Shown: positions 9,252-18,309 of the stretch, one piece after another
Layout of the letters: the number at the start of each line of letters is the position of its first letter
How positions within the stretch are numbered: position 1 is the first letter of the stretch
Assembly: GCA_019429225.1 (NCBI GenBank)
Contig: JAHYJK010000002.1
Location: 10,230-74,229 of the forward strand
DNA from: Anaerolineaceae bacterium
GTDB lineage: Bacteria; Chloroflexota; Anaerolineae; Anaerolineales; Anaerolineaceae
Direction of reading: 5' to 3'
DNA: 64,000 nt
Notes under the pieces: model-generated
What the model was told of the DNA's origin: nothing
Seen by the model: the letters and a program-made list of their open reading frames with translations, nothing else
Database searches by the model: none
Program-made: the position numbers and the translations under genes

Positions 9252-11210
9252 ATGACAATATACTTACATGACATACCCTTACAAGAAGCTAATAAACGAT
9301 TTTACGAAGCTTTAGATAAATTTAAATTGCGAGGTTTCTTAAATACTGAAATATTAGATCTTAATGAACATCTCGTTGGAAGAGTTTTAGCAAAACCCAT
9401 CTGGGCAAAGATTTCCTCTCCTCATTATCATGCTTCTGCAATGGATGGTTTTGCAATCAAATCTGATGACATTCAAAATGCAATGCCAACCAAACCGATC
9501 ACATTGCGCATAGATGAGCAAACCATTTACGTTGATACAGGCGATCCACTACCTGATTGGGCAAATTGTGTGATGCCAATCGAAAATACTGAAGCAATCA
9601 ACGAAGATGGGAAAATTGTCTCTACTAAAAGAAATCCCTATGCGATCAGAGTTCGAAATTCATTAACTCCCTGGTCAAATGTCAGACCTATGGGTGAGGA
9701 TATTGTTGCAACCGAACTTGTTTTACCAGCAAATCGATTATTAATACCCGTTGACCTTGGTGCTATTGCAGCATGTGGACAAACTCAGGTTGAAGTTGTA
9801 AAGAAACCAGTGGTATCCATTTTACCAACAGGGTCCGAATTGGTTCGCGTTGGTGAAGCGATTAAGAGAGGGGATATCATTGAATACAATTCGATTGTAT
9901 TAGCTGCACAAATCATTAGTTGGGGTGGTGAGGCAATTCGATTTACAATTACAAAAGATAATTTTGAGGAACTTTGTGCTCAGGTTTCGTTCGCTGCAGA
10001 ACGCTCCGACTTAATCCTCATAAATGCAGGATCTTCGGCTGGTTCAGAAGATTTTTCATCAAAAGTCATTGAGAAACTAGGTGAAGTTTATGTTCACGGG
10101 GTAGCTGTAAGACCTGGACATCCTGTAATTCTTGGGATGATTTTTGCGGAAAATGGTAAAAAGGTTCCAATAATTGGCGTTCCTGGATATCCAGTTTCAG
10201 CTGCTCTGACGGGGGAGATCTTTGTAAAACCGCTAATCCATGAATGGACTGGAAAGAATGGTCAGGATCAGGAAACAATTGAGGCAGAATTGACTCGAAA
10301 AATTACATCACCAGCTGGTGATGATGATTATGTCCGGGTTGTTACTGCAAAAGTGGGCGATAGAATTTTAGCAGCGCCACTTTCACGGGGGGCAGGAGTC
10401 ATAACATCAATGGTAAGATCTGATGGGTATGCGATTATTCCGAGAGGTATTCAAGGGAAAGAAGCTGGAGACAAAATTTCCGTCATACTCAACAAAAATA
10501 AACGCATTATTAATGAAACATTACTTATCATTGGTTCTCATGATCTCACTTTAGATTTATTAGCTGAATACCTGTCATTAAGAGGAAAACGTCTGGTTTC
10601 TGCCAATGTAGGAAGTTTAGGTGGTTTAATTTCACTTAATCGAGGTGAAGCGCACTTTTCAGGATCCCATCTATTTGATCCAACAGATGCTACATTTAAT
10701 AAAAGTTATGTCGAGAAGTATGTTAAAAACTTTAATGCGGTGATAATTCCCTGGGTGTATCGGGAACAAGGATTAATCGTACAAAAGGGAAATCCAAAGA
10801 ATATTACCTCTTTGGAAGATCTAAAACGCTCAGATGTTAGATACATCAATAGACAAAGGGGAGCTGGAACCAGAATCCTCTTGGATTATTACTTAGACAA
10901 AATGGGAATTGATATTTCACTTATCCATGGTTATGAAGAAGAAGAATTCACACATTTGAACGTTGCTGCAGCCATTAAGTCCCTCAGAGCAGATACTGGT
11001 CTGGGTATAACCGCAGCAGCACGGGCTTTAGATTTAGATTTTATTCCACTATTTAAAGAACGATACGACTTAATTGTGCCAGAAAAAATTTATCAATCTG
11101 AAATTTTCAAACCTGTACTATTGGCTATGAACGATGATGAATTTCGATCACGTGTACAATCTTTAGATGGCTACGATGTATCATGTATGGGTACAGAATT
11201 GATACAATAG
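9252..11210 (+). CDS. MoeA (paralogue 2) fused to a C-terminal periplasmic-binding-protein-like (PBP-like, molybdate/tungstate-type) domain
   Basis: 652 aa. The N-terminal ~420 aa has MoeA blocks (HASAMDGFAI, LPTGSE, NAGSSAGSEDF, GVPGYPVSA). The C-terminal ~230 aa (LLIIGSHDLTLDLL...INRQRGAGTRILLD...) resembles the PBP-like domain found on some MoeA-type proteins. Confidence 0.75.
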   Translation: MTIYLHDIPLQEANKRFYEALDKFKLRGFLNTEILDLNEHLVGRVLAKPIWAKISSPHYHASAMDGFAIKSDDIQNAMPTKPITLRIDEQTIYVDTGDPLPDWANCVMPIENTEAINEDGKIVSTKRNPYAIRVRNSLTPWSNVRPMGEDIVATELVLPANRLLIPVDLGAIAACGQTQVEVVKKPVVSILPTGSELVRVGEAIKRGDIIEYNSIVLAAQIISWGGEAIRFTITKDNFEELCAQVSFAAERSDLILINAGSSAGSEDFSSKVIEKLGEVYVHGVAVRPGHPVILGMIFAENGKKVPIIGVPGYPVSAALTGEIFVKPLIHEWTGKNGQDQETIEAELTRKITSPAGDDDYVRVVTAKVGDRILAAPLSRGAGVITSMVRSDGYAIIPRGIQGKEAGDKISVILNKNKRIINETLLIIGSHDLTLDLLAEYLSLRGKRLVSANVGSLGGLISLNRGEAHFSGSHLFDPTDATFNKSYVEKYVKNFNAVIIPWVYREQGLIVQKGNPKNITSLEDLKRSDVRYINRQRGAGTRILLDYYLDKMGIDISLIHGYEEEEFTHLNVAAAIKSLRADTGLGITAAARALDLDFIPLFKERYDLIVPEKIYQSEIFKPVLLAMNDDEFRSRVQSLDGYDVSCMGTELIQ

Positions 11211-11233
11211 CTATACAATGATAGGAGGAATAA

Positions 11234-11689
11234 ATGATTGAAAAAAATGTCGAAGCACCTGATTTTGAATTATTAGATGAAAACGGAAATAGTCATAAAC
11301 TCAGCGATTATTTGGGTAAACCTGTTTTATTATATTTTTACCCAAAAGATGACACACCTGGTTGTACAACAGAAGCTTGTGAATTTCGCGACGATTATGA
11401 TCAATATGAAAAAAGTGGAGTTATTGTTTTGGGAGTGAGCCCAGATTCACCTAAATCGCATAAAAAATTTAAAGATAAATATAATTTGCCTTTTACTCTA
11501 CTTTCTGATGATGATCATCATGTTTGTGAAATGTATGGTGTTTGGGGTAAAAAATCTATGTATGGACGAGAATACTATGGGGTGTTGAGAACATCATTTT
11601 TAATTAACGCCGAGGGAAATCTGGTAGAAATATTTGAAAATGTGAAGCCCAAGGGTCACAGTCAACAAGTTTTATCAGCTTTAGGATGA
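11234..11689 (+). CDS. bcp: Thiol peroxidase / peroxiredoxin Bcp
   Basis: 151 aa. FYPKDDTPGCTTEAC active-site block. RBS GGAGG. Confidence 0.85.
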   Translation: MIEKNVEAPDFELLDENGNSHKLSDYLGKPVLLYFYPKDDTPGCTTEACEFRDDYDQYEKSGVIVLGVSPDSPKSHKKFKDKYNLPFTLLSDDDHHVCEMYGVWGKKSMYGREYYGVLRTSFLINAEGNLVEIFENVKPKGHSQQVLSALG

Positions 11690-11728
11690 AAAAAAAGCAC
11701 GAGAAGATAATCCTCTCGTGCTTTTTTA
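11690..11728. terminator. Bidirectional rho-independent terminator between bcp and the convergent Rrf2 gene
   Basis: A-run, stem agcacgaga/tctcgtgct (11696-11704 / 11714-11722), then a T-run. Confidence 0.7.
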
Positions 11729-11740
11729 AACTTAACATTA

Positions 11741-12175
11741 TTATTTAGATTTAAGCAATTCAGACGCTAATTCCCGTTTAGCCAAAATATCTAAATTAAT
11801 TTCACTCAGGAAGTTTATTATTTGATCCTGCATGGTTGCCCACATGTTTTGAGCTGTGCAATCTTCAATATTTTGACATACATCATTTTCGGATATACAA
11901 GAATTAAGACAAATTTTGCCTTCCAATGATTCTGCTATTGCTAAGACCGAAATATCCCCAGCAGGTTGACTTAATTTAATCCCACCTCGAGGACCAGGAG
12001 AAGCCTTTATCAATCCAGCTTGCATTAATGAATGACCAATTTGATGGAGGAAGGGAAGGGGGATGTCCAGCATTTCAGAGAGTTTTGCGGTTGGAATTGG
12101 CTTGCCTTCATTTTCTTTTGCCAATGCAACCATTAACTGAATTCCATAATCTAATTTACGACTAATACGAAACAT
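11741..12175 (-). CDS. Rrf2-family transcriptional regulator (probable Fe-S type)
   Basis: 144 aa. MFRISRKLDYGIQLMVALA N-terminal wHTH typical of Rrf2. Cys cluster CLNSCISENDVCQNIEDC. Confidence 0.8.
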   Translation of the reverse strand: MFRISRKLDYGIQLMVALAKENEGKPIPTAKLSEMLDIPLPFLHQIGHSLMQAGLIKASPGPRGGIKLSQPAGDISVLAIAESLEGKICLNSCISENDVCQNIEDCTAQNMWATMQDQIINFLSEINLDILAKRELASELLKSK

Positions 12176-12309
12176 TTCACACCTCTAATGAATTTTCTAT
12201 CCTTAAAGATAATTGAGTTTAATGATCAATGAAAGTGACGAATATCATCAGATTTCTTGTTCATTAACACAATAAATTACATGTATATGGTTATTTATAG
12301 TGCCACAGG

Positions 12310-12337
12310 TTGATTTCTGAACTAATCGACTTATAAT
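12310..12337 (+). promoter_or_regulatory. Candidate promoter of the cytochrome c gene
   Basis: TTGATT (12310-12315), 16-nt spacer, TATAAT (12332-12337). RBS AAGGAGG lies before ATG 12373. Confidence 0.45.
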
Positions 12338-12372
12338 AAATTATATAAATTAGATACCCCAAGGAGGAATGA

Positions 12373-12786
12373 ATGAAAAAATCTTTTTCTATGGTGCTCG
12401 TCATTTTACTTTTTAGTGCATTGGTTTTAAGCGCCTGTGGAGGTAGTTCGGCCGCTGATACCCCCAATATCCCTGCTGAATATGCGGGAAAGACCAATCC
12501 ATTAGGAAGCGATGCCGCTGCCGCCGGACAAGCAATCTATGTTGTTCAATGTGCATCATGCCATGGAGATAGCGGAAAGGGTGATGGCCCCGCTGGTCAG
12601 GCGTTAACGCCACCAGCAGCCAACCTTGTTGAAAGCGCTGCAAAATACGGCGATGATTATTTGTATTACAGAATTGCCGAAGGTGGCACGATGGATCCAT
12701 ATAATTCCTCAATGCCTCCCTTCAAAAATGTACTTTCGCAAGACGAAATCTGGCAGGTAGTTGCACATATAAACACATTTAAATAA
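12373..12786 (+). CDS. Class I c-type cytochrome, lipoprotein-anchored
   Basis: 137 aa. Signal peptide with lipobox LSAC, heme motif CASCH, and a distal Met region (NSSMPPF). Confidence 0.8.
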   Translation: MKKSFSMVLVILLFSALVLSACGGSSAADTPNIPAEYAGKTNPLGSDAAAAGQAIYVVQCASCHGDSGKGDGPAGQALTPPAANLVESAAKYGDDYLYYRIAEGGTMDPYNSSMPPFKNVLSQDEIWQVVAHINTFK

Positions 12787-12801
12787 GCATTATTAAGAAA
12801 C

Positions 12802-12834
12802 AAAAAAACACGAGAGCCCTCTCGTGTTTTTTTG
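12802..12834 (+). terminator. Rho-independent terminator after the cytochrome c gene
   Basis: A-run, stem acacgagag/tctcgtgt with loop ccc, then T7. Confidence 0.7.
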
Positions 12835-12857
12835 TTAAATCTAAGTAAAATTGATAT

Positions 12858-13505
12858 ATGAAAAATGAAAAAAGTATCAGTATCTTTTTAATTGACACTC
12901 ACGCCCTTTTCCGAAAAGGTTTAAAAGCGATTCTGGCAGATTATCCAAATTTTGAAATAATTGGTGACACGTCGAGCTACCTTCAAGCAGAATCAATCCT
13001 ACAAGAAAATCCTGTAGATATGATTTTAATTGACACTGATTTTTACACAATTAAAAATAATGAATTTTTTGAAAATATTTTGAAAAAAAATCTCACCAAA
13101 AAAGTTGTTGCACTGACCCTTGCAAAATCCAGACTGGAGTTCTTAAATGCTATAAAATCCGGGATTCATGGGTTTATTTTGAAAGATGAGGAAATAGAGT
13201 TTTTAATTGAATGTATTAAAAAAATCTATGCAGGTCGATTTATTGTTTCAGAATCAATGGTTGAAAAACTTGTAGAATTACTGATTCAAAAAAGTGAATT
13301 TCCAATAAATTTATTAATTTCTAATCGAGAGCTCGAGGTATTGAACTTAATTCAAAATGGTTATTCAAATAACCAAATAGGTAAGCATTTGTTTTTGTCT
13401 GAAAATACGATCAAAACACATATTAAGCATATCTACAAAAAAATGTCAGTTTCAAATCGAAAAGAAGCAATTGAAAAAGGAATTTTGTGGGGGATATTAA
13501 AATAG
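12858..13505 (+). CDS. NarL/FixJ-type response regulator (receiver + LuxR HTH)
   Basis: 215 aa. Receiver residues: LIDTH (one acidic residue where DD is usual), MILIDTD (acceptor Asp), VALTLA, GFILKD. C-terminal LSNRELEVLNLIQNGYSNNQIGKHLFLSENTIKTHIKHIYKKM. Confidence 0.8.
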   Translation: MKNEKSISIFLIDTHALFRKGLKAILADYPNFEIIGDTSSYLQAESILQENPVDMILIDTDFYTIKNNEFFENILKKNLTKKVVALTLAKSRLEFLNAIKSGIHGFILKDEEIEFLIECIKKIYAGRFIVSESMVEKLVELLIQKSEFPINLLISNRELEVLNLIQNGYSNNQIGKHLFLSENTIKTHIKHIYKKMSVSNRKEAIEKGILWGILK

Positions 13506-13629
13506 GGGGATAATATCATCACCCTATGCTAGATAAGAAATCACCCGTAAACGTTTTATGAAAAAATCGGATAAATACCATAATAATAGTATTATTATAG
13601 TTGAGTTTCAGACTTTGATGGAGTAGGTA

Positions 13630-14010
13630 TTGGATCGGGAAAAAACAATAGTTTTGATAGCTTCAGCTAATTCAATATTTCGTAATGGCATCTTGAAGAT
13701 TTTATCTAAAAGAAAAGATTTTCAAAATTTAATTATTGAGCAAGCCAGTGATATCAAAGAAGTATTGAAAAAATACTCAAAAAATAAACCCAGGGTGTTG
13801 GTTATTGACTACGACGACAAAAATATAAAGAAGAAATTATTTTTGAATTCATTTTTACAAGATCAACACAATGCTCAATTGCTTCTGGTTTCATTAGAGC
13901 AAAGTGGTAATGTAGTTTTTTATGATCGGCAGGTGCTATCTACTGATGAGGCGCATCATTGGTTGCAAATTCCGTGGAATGAAAATAAATCTTTTTTAAA
14001 CTCTGAATAA
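13630..14010 (+). CDS. Stand-alone receiver-like (pseudo-receiver) domain protein
   Basis: 126 aa, TTG start. Receiver-like alternation (TIVLIASANSIFRNGILKIL...RVLVIDYDD...LLLVSLE) but lacks the N-terminal acidic pair and the conserved Lys. Confidence 0.5.
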   Translation: MDREKTIVLIASANSIFRNGILKILSKRKDFQNLIIEQASDIKEVLKKYSKNKPRVLVIDYDDKNIKKKLFLNSFLQDQHNAQLLLVSLEQSGNVVFYDRQVLSTDEAHHWLQIPWNENKSFLNSE

Positions 14011-14030
14011 TTTATTGGAGGAATAAATTT

Positions 14031-15044
14031 ATGAAACATTTTACAATTGTCTCAATTCTGGTAATTTTGCTAACTGTATTTGTTTATGTCCTTTTACAAG
14101 CAGTAGGATTACTTCCAACACAGGCAAGTTCTCAGGCAGTTATTATTGATCAATTGTTTGATATCCACATAGGGATTATTTCTTTTCTGTTTTCATTAAT
14201 TGTTGTTTTTATTGGATACAGCTTTATTGTATTTCGAAGAAACAAACTACTGCCTGATGAGGAAGGGCAACACATAACAGGTTCCTCGAAATTAGAGATT
14301 GTGTGGACACTTGTTCCCCTGGCAGTTGTAATTTTTATATCCTACCTGGGTGCTATTTCTTTAGCTGAGACGCGCAAAATTGACCCCCAGGCGTTGGAGG
14401 TAAAAGTCACGGGTGGTCAATGGTATTGGTCATTTGATTACCCTGATTATGGCATCACTTCCGATGCTTTATATCTTCCAGTTGACAGACAGGTAAAGCT
14501 TTCGCTAACTTCTATGGATGTCATCCATTCTTTTTGGGTCCCGGAATTTCGGGTAAAACAAGATGTTTTACCGGGTGAAAATCTGGTAAAAGAACTTCGA
14601 TTTACACCGATCGAAACCGGTGATTTTATGGTTTTATGTGCAGAATTATGCGGTGGAGCACACGCATACATGAATAGTCCAGTTAAAGTAGTTACAGAAG
14701 GTGAATTCCAGGATTGGGTAGATGAGGAATTAGGTAATTTTCCACAAGACCCTGAGAGTTTAGGTGAAAGATTAGCCAAGAACAATGGTTGTTTTGGGTG
14801 TCATTCCGTGGATGGAAAAGATGGGGTTGGTCCTACATGGAAGGGTCTTTACGGTAGTGAGAAAACTCTGGTAAGTGGTGAAAAAATTATGGTGGATGAA
14901 GAATACCTTCATGAATCCATTGTTAATCCAAACAGTCAGATTGTTTTGGGATATCCGGCAAATGTCATGGCGCAAAATTATAGTGAATTATTCACGGATG
15001 AAGAAATAAACAACATAATTGCATTTATCAAATCATTGGAATAA
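14031..15044 (+). CDS. ctaC: Cytochrome c oxidase subunit II with fused C-terminal cytochrome c domain (caa3 type)
   Basis: 337 aa. CuA site HSFWVPEF...CAELCGGAHAYM. C-terminal heme c motif CFGCH. RBS GGAGG. Confidence 0.9.
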   Translation: MKHFTIVSILVILLTVFVYVLLQAVGLLPTQASSQAVIIDQLFDIHIGIISFLFSLIVVFIGYSFIVFRRNKLLPDEEGQHITGSSKLEIVWTLVPLAVVIFISYLGAISLAETRKIDPQALEVKVTGGQWYWSFDYPDYGITSDALYLPVDRQVKLSLTSMDVIHSFWVPEFRVKQDVLPGENLVKELRFTPIETGDFMVLCAELCGGAHAYMNSPVKVVTEGEFQDWVDEELGNFPQDPESLGERLAKNNGCFGCHSVDGKDGVGPTWKGLYGSEKTLVSGEKIMVDEEYLHESIVNPNSQIVLGYPANVMAQNYSELFTDEEINNIIAFIKSLE

Positions 15045-15058
15045 GGTGAGGAAGATCA

Positions 15059-16923
15059 TGAAGAGTTTTATGTCAACAGGGATTGTAAAAGGGATCTTGT
15101 ATCAAATCACTGGTTCTTTCATGGGAGCTGGAATATTGGGTGGAATTCGAGCATTGATGGGATTATCCTGGAAAACTGAACCTGCCATTGTACTGGGAGG
15201 TCTTGTTGGTGCCATTGGATTTATGGTAGGCGTTGGTGGTTTTAAAGACTGGTGGAAAATGGCACTGGGTGAAGAAGTTAATGAAGCAAGTCAAGTGTTC
15301 GGTGAACAAGGGTTGAAAAGGTATTTTGGGTTCAGTCTTGACCATAAAGTGATCGGTATACAATATGGAATCCTTTCGATGGTTCTATTGGTTTTAGGGG
15401 GGTCATTAGCATTGATTTTCAGGGTTGAATTAGCCCAATCCGGATTACAGATATTAAATTTTGTTCAATTTAATACCCTGGTCGGTTTACATGGAATGGT
15501 TCTGATTGCATCAATATTAATGGGAATTGCAGCAATGAGTAATTATGTAGTTCCCTTACTCATTGGAGCTGAAGACATGGCGTTTCCAAGATTAAATGCC
15601 TTTTCATTTTGGATCGCCGTCCCAGCCTCCATCATATTAATGAGTTCTATGCTATTTGGTGGTTTTGAAACTGGGTGGACTGCTTATCCACCGCTTAGTG
15701 TGCGTGGACCGATGGGCATTCAAATGTTTTTCTTAGGCGTTTTTATTGTTGGATGGTCTTCGATTTTGGGGGCATTGAACCTGATTGCGACAGTATTAAC
15801 CATGCGGTCTAAGGGAATGGAATTGTTTAAAATGCCCATTTTTGCCTGGTCTGTCTTGGCAACTTCCATTATTTCTTTGACAGCTACTCAATTGATAGGA
15901 CTTTCTTTCCAATTAGTCATGTTTGAAAGATTGTTTGAAATGAGTTTCTTCACACCTTCAAATGGAGGGAATCCTATTCTTTTCCAACACTTGTTCTGGT
16001 TTTATTCACATCCAGCTGTGTACATTTTTGTGTTACCAGGCTTAGGAATAATCAGTGAATTATTGCCGGTTTTTGTGAGGAAACCCTTATTTGGATACAA
16101 ATGGGTTGCCATGTCTTCCATGGGGATTGCTTTGACTGGATTCCTGGTCTGGGGACATCATATGTTCACCGCTGGTATTGAGGAATATCTCAGGGTTCCG
16201 TTTATGTATAGTACTTTATTGGTGGCCGTACCTACAGGTGTAAAATTCTTCAGTTGGGTGGCAACGATTTGGCAAGGAAAAGCTAGATTTCCAGTTCCAA
16301 TGTTATTTGTACTAGGTGGAATCATTGTGTTCTTACTGGGAGGACTAACTGGTCCGCCAAGTGGCACAGTGTCAACTGATTTGCATTTACATGATACTTA
16401 CTATATTGTCGGTCATTTCCACAACACGATGTTTGGTGGTTTCATATTCCCAATTTTTGCGGCTATTTACTACTGGTATCCGAAAATTACCGGAAGAAGA
16501 ATGAGTGAAACCTTGGGTAAAATTCACTTCTATCTGATGACACCATCCTTTTTCCTCATGACATTTGGTCAGATGAGAATTGGACTTTTGGGAATGCGTC
16601 GCAGAATTGCGGATTATGACCCAGCTATGGGATTTGATTTCACCCAATTGCTCATCACGATTGGTGGATATCTGATTGCGATCTCAATTCTTATATTTTT
16701 CTATAATCTGATCGTCAGTGCCAAAAAAGGAGAATCTGCAACAGGAAATGTTTGGAATTCTCGTTCACCGGAATGGGATATTCTGCCGTCTCCCGCACCT
16801 GCTCACAATTATGCAGGCATTCACTTCAATGTAGTGGGTGAACCTTATGATTACGGATTAAAAGGGAGTAAATATGTTGAATTGGCACAGGTTGAAGCAC
16901 AAAGTAAGGAGAGTGACGAATGA
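15059..16923 (+). CDS. ctaD: Cytochrome c oxidase subunit I (A2 subclass, YS motif) with ~95-aa N-terminal extension
   Basis: ORF 15019..16923. ATG 15059 follows GGTGAGGA. Motifs DHKVIGIQYG, FWFYSHPAVYIFVLPG, WGHHMF, VGHFHNTMFGG. Confidence 0.9.
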
Positions 16924-17123
16924 CAAAATTATCACCATTAAAACGCGGATTTGTAATTTTTGTAATACTGGGAGTACTAACTGCCGTAGAGTATTATCTT
17001 GGCGTCAATGAGGTTCCTTCCATATTGTTATGGACAATTGCAATCATAAAAATGTTATTGGTGCTGCAATTTTTTATGCATATAAACAGGGTCATCAATC
17101 CAAACAAGGGAGGTCATGAATGA
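16920..17123 (+). CDS. Small cytochrome c oxidase subunit IV-like membrane protein
   Basis: 67 aa, two helices, IIKMLLVLQFFMHI resembles prokaryotic subunit IV. ATGA overlaps on both sides (16920, 17120). Confidence 0.6.
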   Translation: MTKLSPLKRGFVIFVILGVLTAVEYYLGVNEVPSILLWTIAIIKMLLVLQFFMHINRVINPNKGGHE

Positions 17124-17689
17124 GTTCTATAAATAACACGATTGCCAGTTATCAACAAAAACTTGCCATCAGTCGGCTAGGATTATGGTTATTTTTTGCA
17201 TCCGATGCTTTCATGTTTGGCGGATTACTGATTACCAGATTCTATCTTCTAGGGAATAAAAACCTGAATTTGGATCAAACACTCGGATTATTGGTGACTT
17301 CAATTTTGTTGATCAGCAGCTTTTTTATGAATAGAGCTGAAGTAATGGTCTCTCAGGGCAATCACAAAGGCTTCATTACGTCCTTGGTTATTACAATTCT
17401 TCTAGGAATCAGCTTTTTGGTTGGTGTTGTTGGATTGGAATGGGGTAATGCTCATTTTGGACCAGGTGATGGTGCTGAAGGTGCTGTGTTTTATATGATG
17501 ACAGGAATGCATGCATTTCATGTGTTAACTGGAATCATCTTCCTGGGACTGGTATTAAGAAATGGTTTAAACAAAAAGTACACAGCCGAGAAACATTATG
17601 CTGTTGAAGCTAGTGCGAACTATTGGCATTTTATAGATGTGGTTTGGATCATTTATTATCCAGTACTTTACTTGATGGGTACGATGTAG
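17120..17689 (+). CDS. ctaE: Cytochrome c oxidase subunit III
   Basis: 189 aa. FFASDAFMFGGL, GMHAFHVLTG and YWHFIDVVWI are typical of subunit III. Confidence 0.85.
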   Translation: MSSINNTIASYQQKLAISRLGLWLFFASDAFMFGGLLITRFYLLGNKNLNLDQTLGLLVTSILLISSFFMNRAEVMVSQGNHKGFITSLVITILLGISFLVGVVGLEWGNAHFGPGDGAEGAVFYMMTGMHAFHVLTGIIFLGLVLRNGLNKKYTAEKHYAVEASANYWHFIDVVWIIYYPVLYLMGTM

Positions 17690-17702
17690 TCGGTGGAATA
17701 AA

Positions 17703-18308
17703 ATGAAAAATCCTGGGTTTTGGTTTCTAATTGTGATGATAGCTGCTGTAGGTATTGTATTTGGGTTTGTTATTGAGCGACCCTATACATTTCGAGGATC
17801 GGTGATCGATCCTGCAGTGCCCGCACCGAAATTTACTCTCCTTTCAAGCCAGGGTGGAGAGTATCGTTTAGATTCCAAAACCGGAAAATTTGTTTTGATA
17901 TTTTTTGGTTACACCTACTGTCCGGATGTATGCCCTACCACACTCTATGAAATGAAAGAAATCAAAACAAGGTTGAAAGATAAGGCTGAAAATATTGAAT
18001 TTGTGTTTATCACTGTCGATCCCGAAAGAGATACACAAGACCAATTGGAACGTTACTTATCTTCTTTTGATGAATCTTTCTATGGATTAACCGGGACAAC
18101 CCAACAATTAGAATCGGTTTGGAAAGATTATGGCGTTTACCGAGGAATTCAGGAGACTGATAACTCTTTAGGCTATTTAGTTGATCACACTTCTCGGCTT
18201 TATCTGATCAATTCGAAAAGTGAATTAATGATGACTTACACGTATGAGACAACGCTAGACGAGATAGTTTCGGACCTGAATTACCTTATTAAAAAGGCTG
18301 ATTTATAA
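17703..18308 (+). CDS. SCO1/SenC copper chaperone
   Basis: 201 aa. N-terminal TM, FFGYTYCPDVCP (CxxxC), DHTSRLYLI conserved His. Confidence 0.85.
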   Translation: MKNPGFWFLIVMIAAVGIVFGFVIERPYTFRGSVIDPAVPAPKFTLLSSQGGEYRLDSKTGKFVLIFFGYTYCPDVCPTTLYEMKEIKTRLKDKAENIEFVFITVDPERDTQDQLERYLSSFDESFYGLTGTTQQLESVWKDYGVYRGIQETDNSLGYLVDHTSRLYLINSKSELMMTYTYETTLDEIVSDLNYLIKKADL

Positions 18309-18309
18309 C

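Noticed and set aside
15019-15058. Upstream start of the subunit I ORF overlapping the end of ctaC (also 46884-46937 for gltX and 41852-41878 for mrdA).
   Set aside because: The downstream ATGs have canonical RBSs or ATGA coupling. The extensions overlap the preceding genes and add non-conserved residues.
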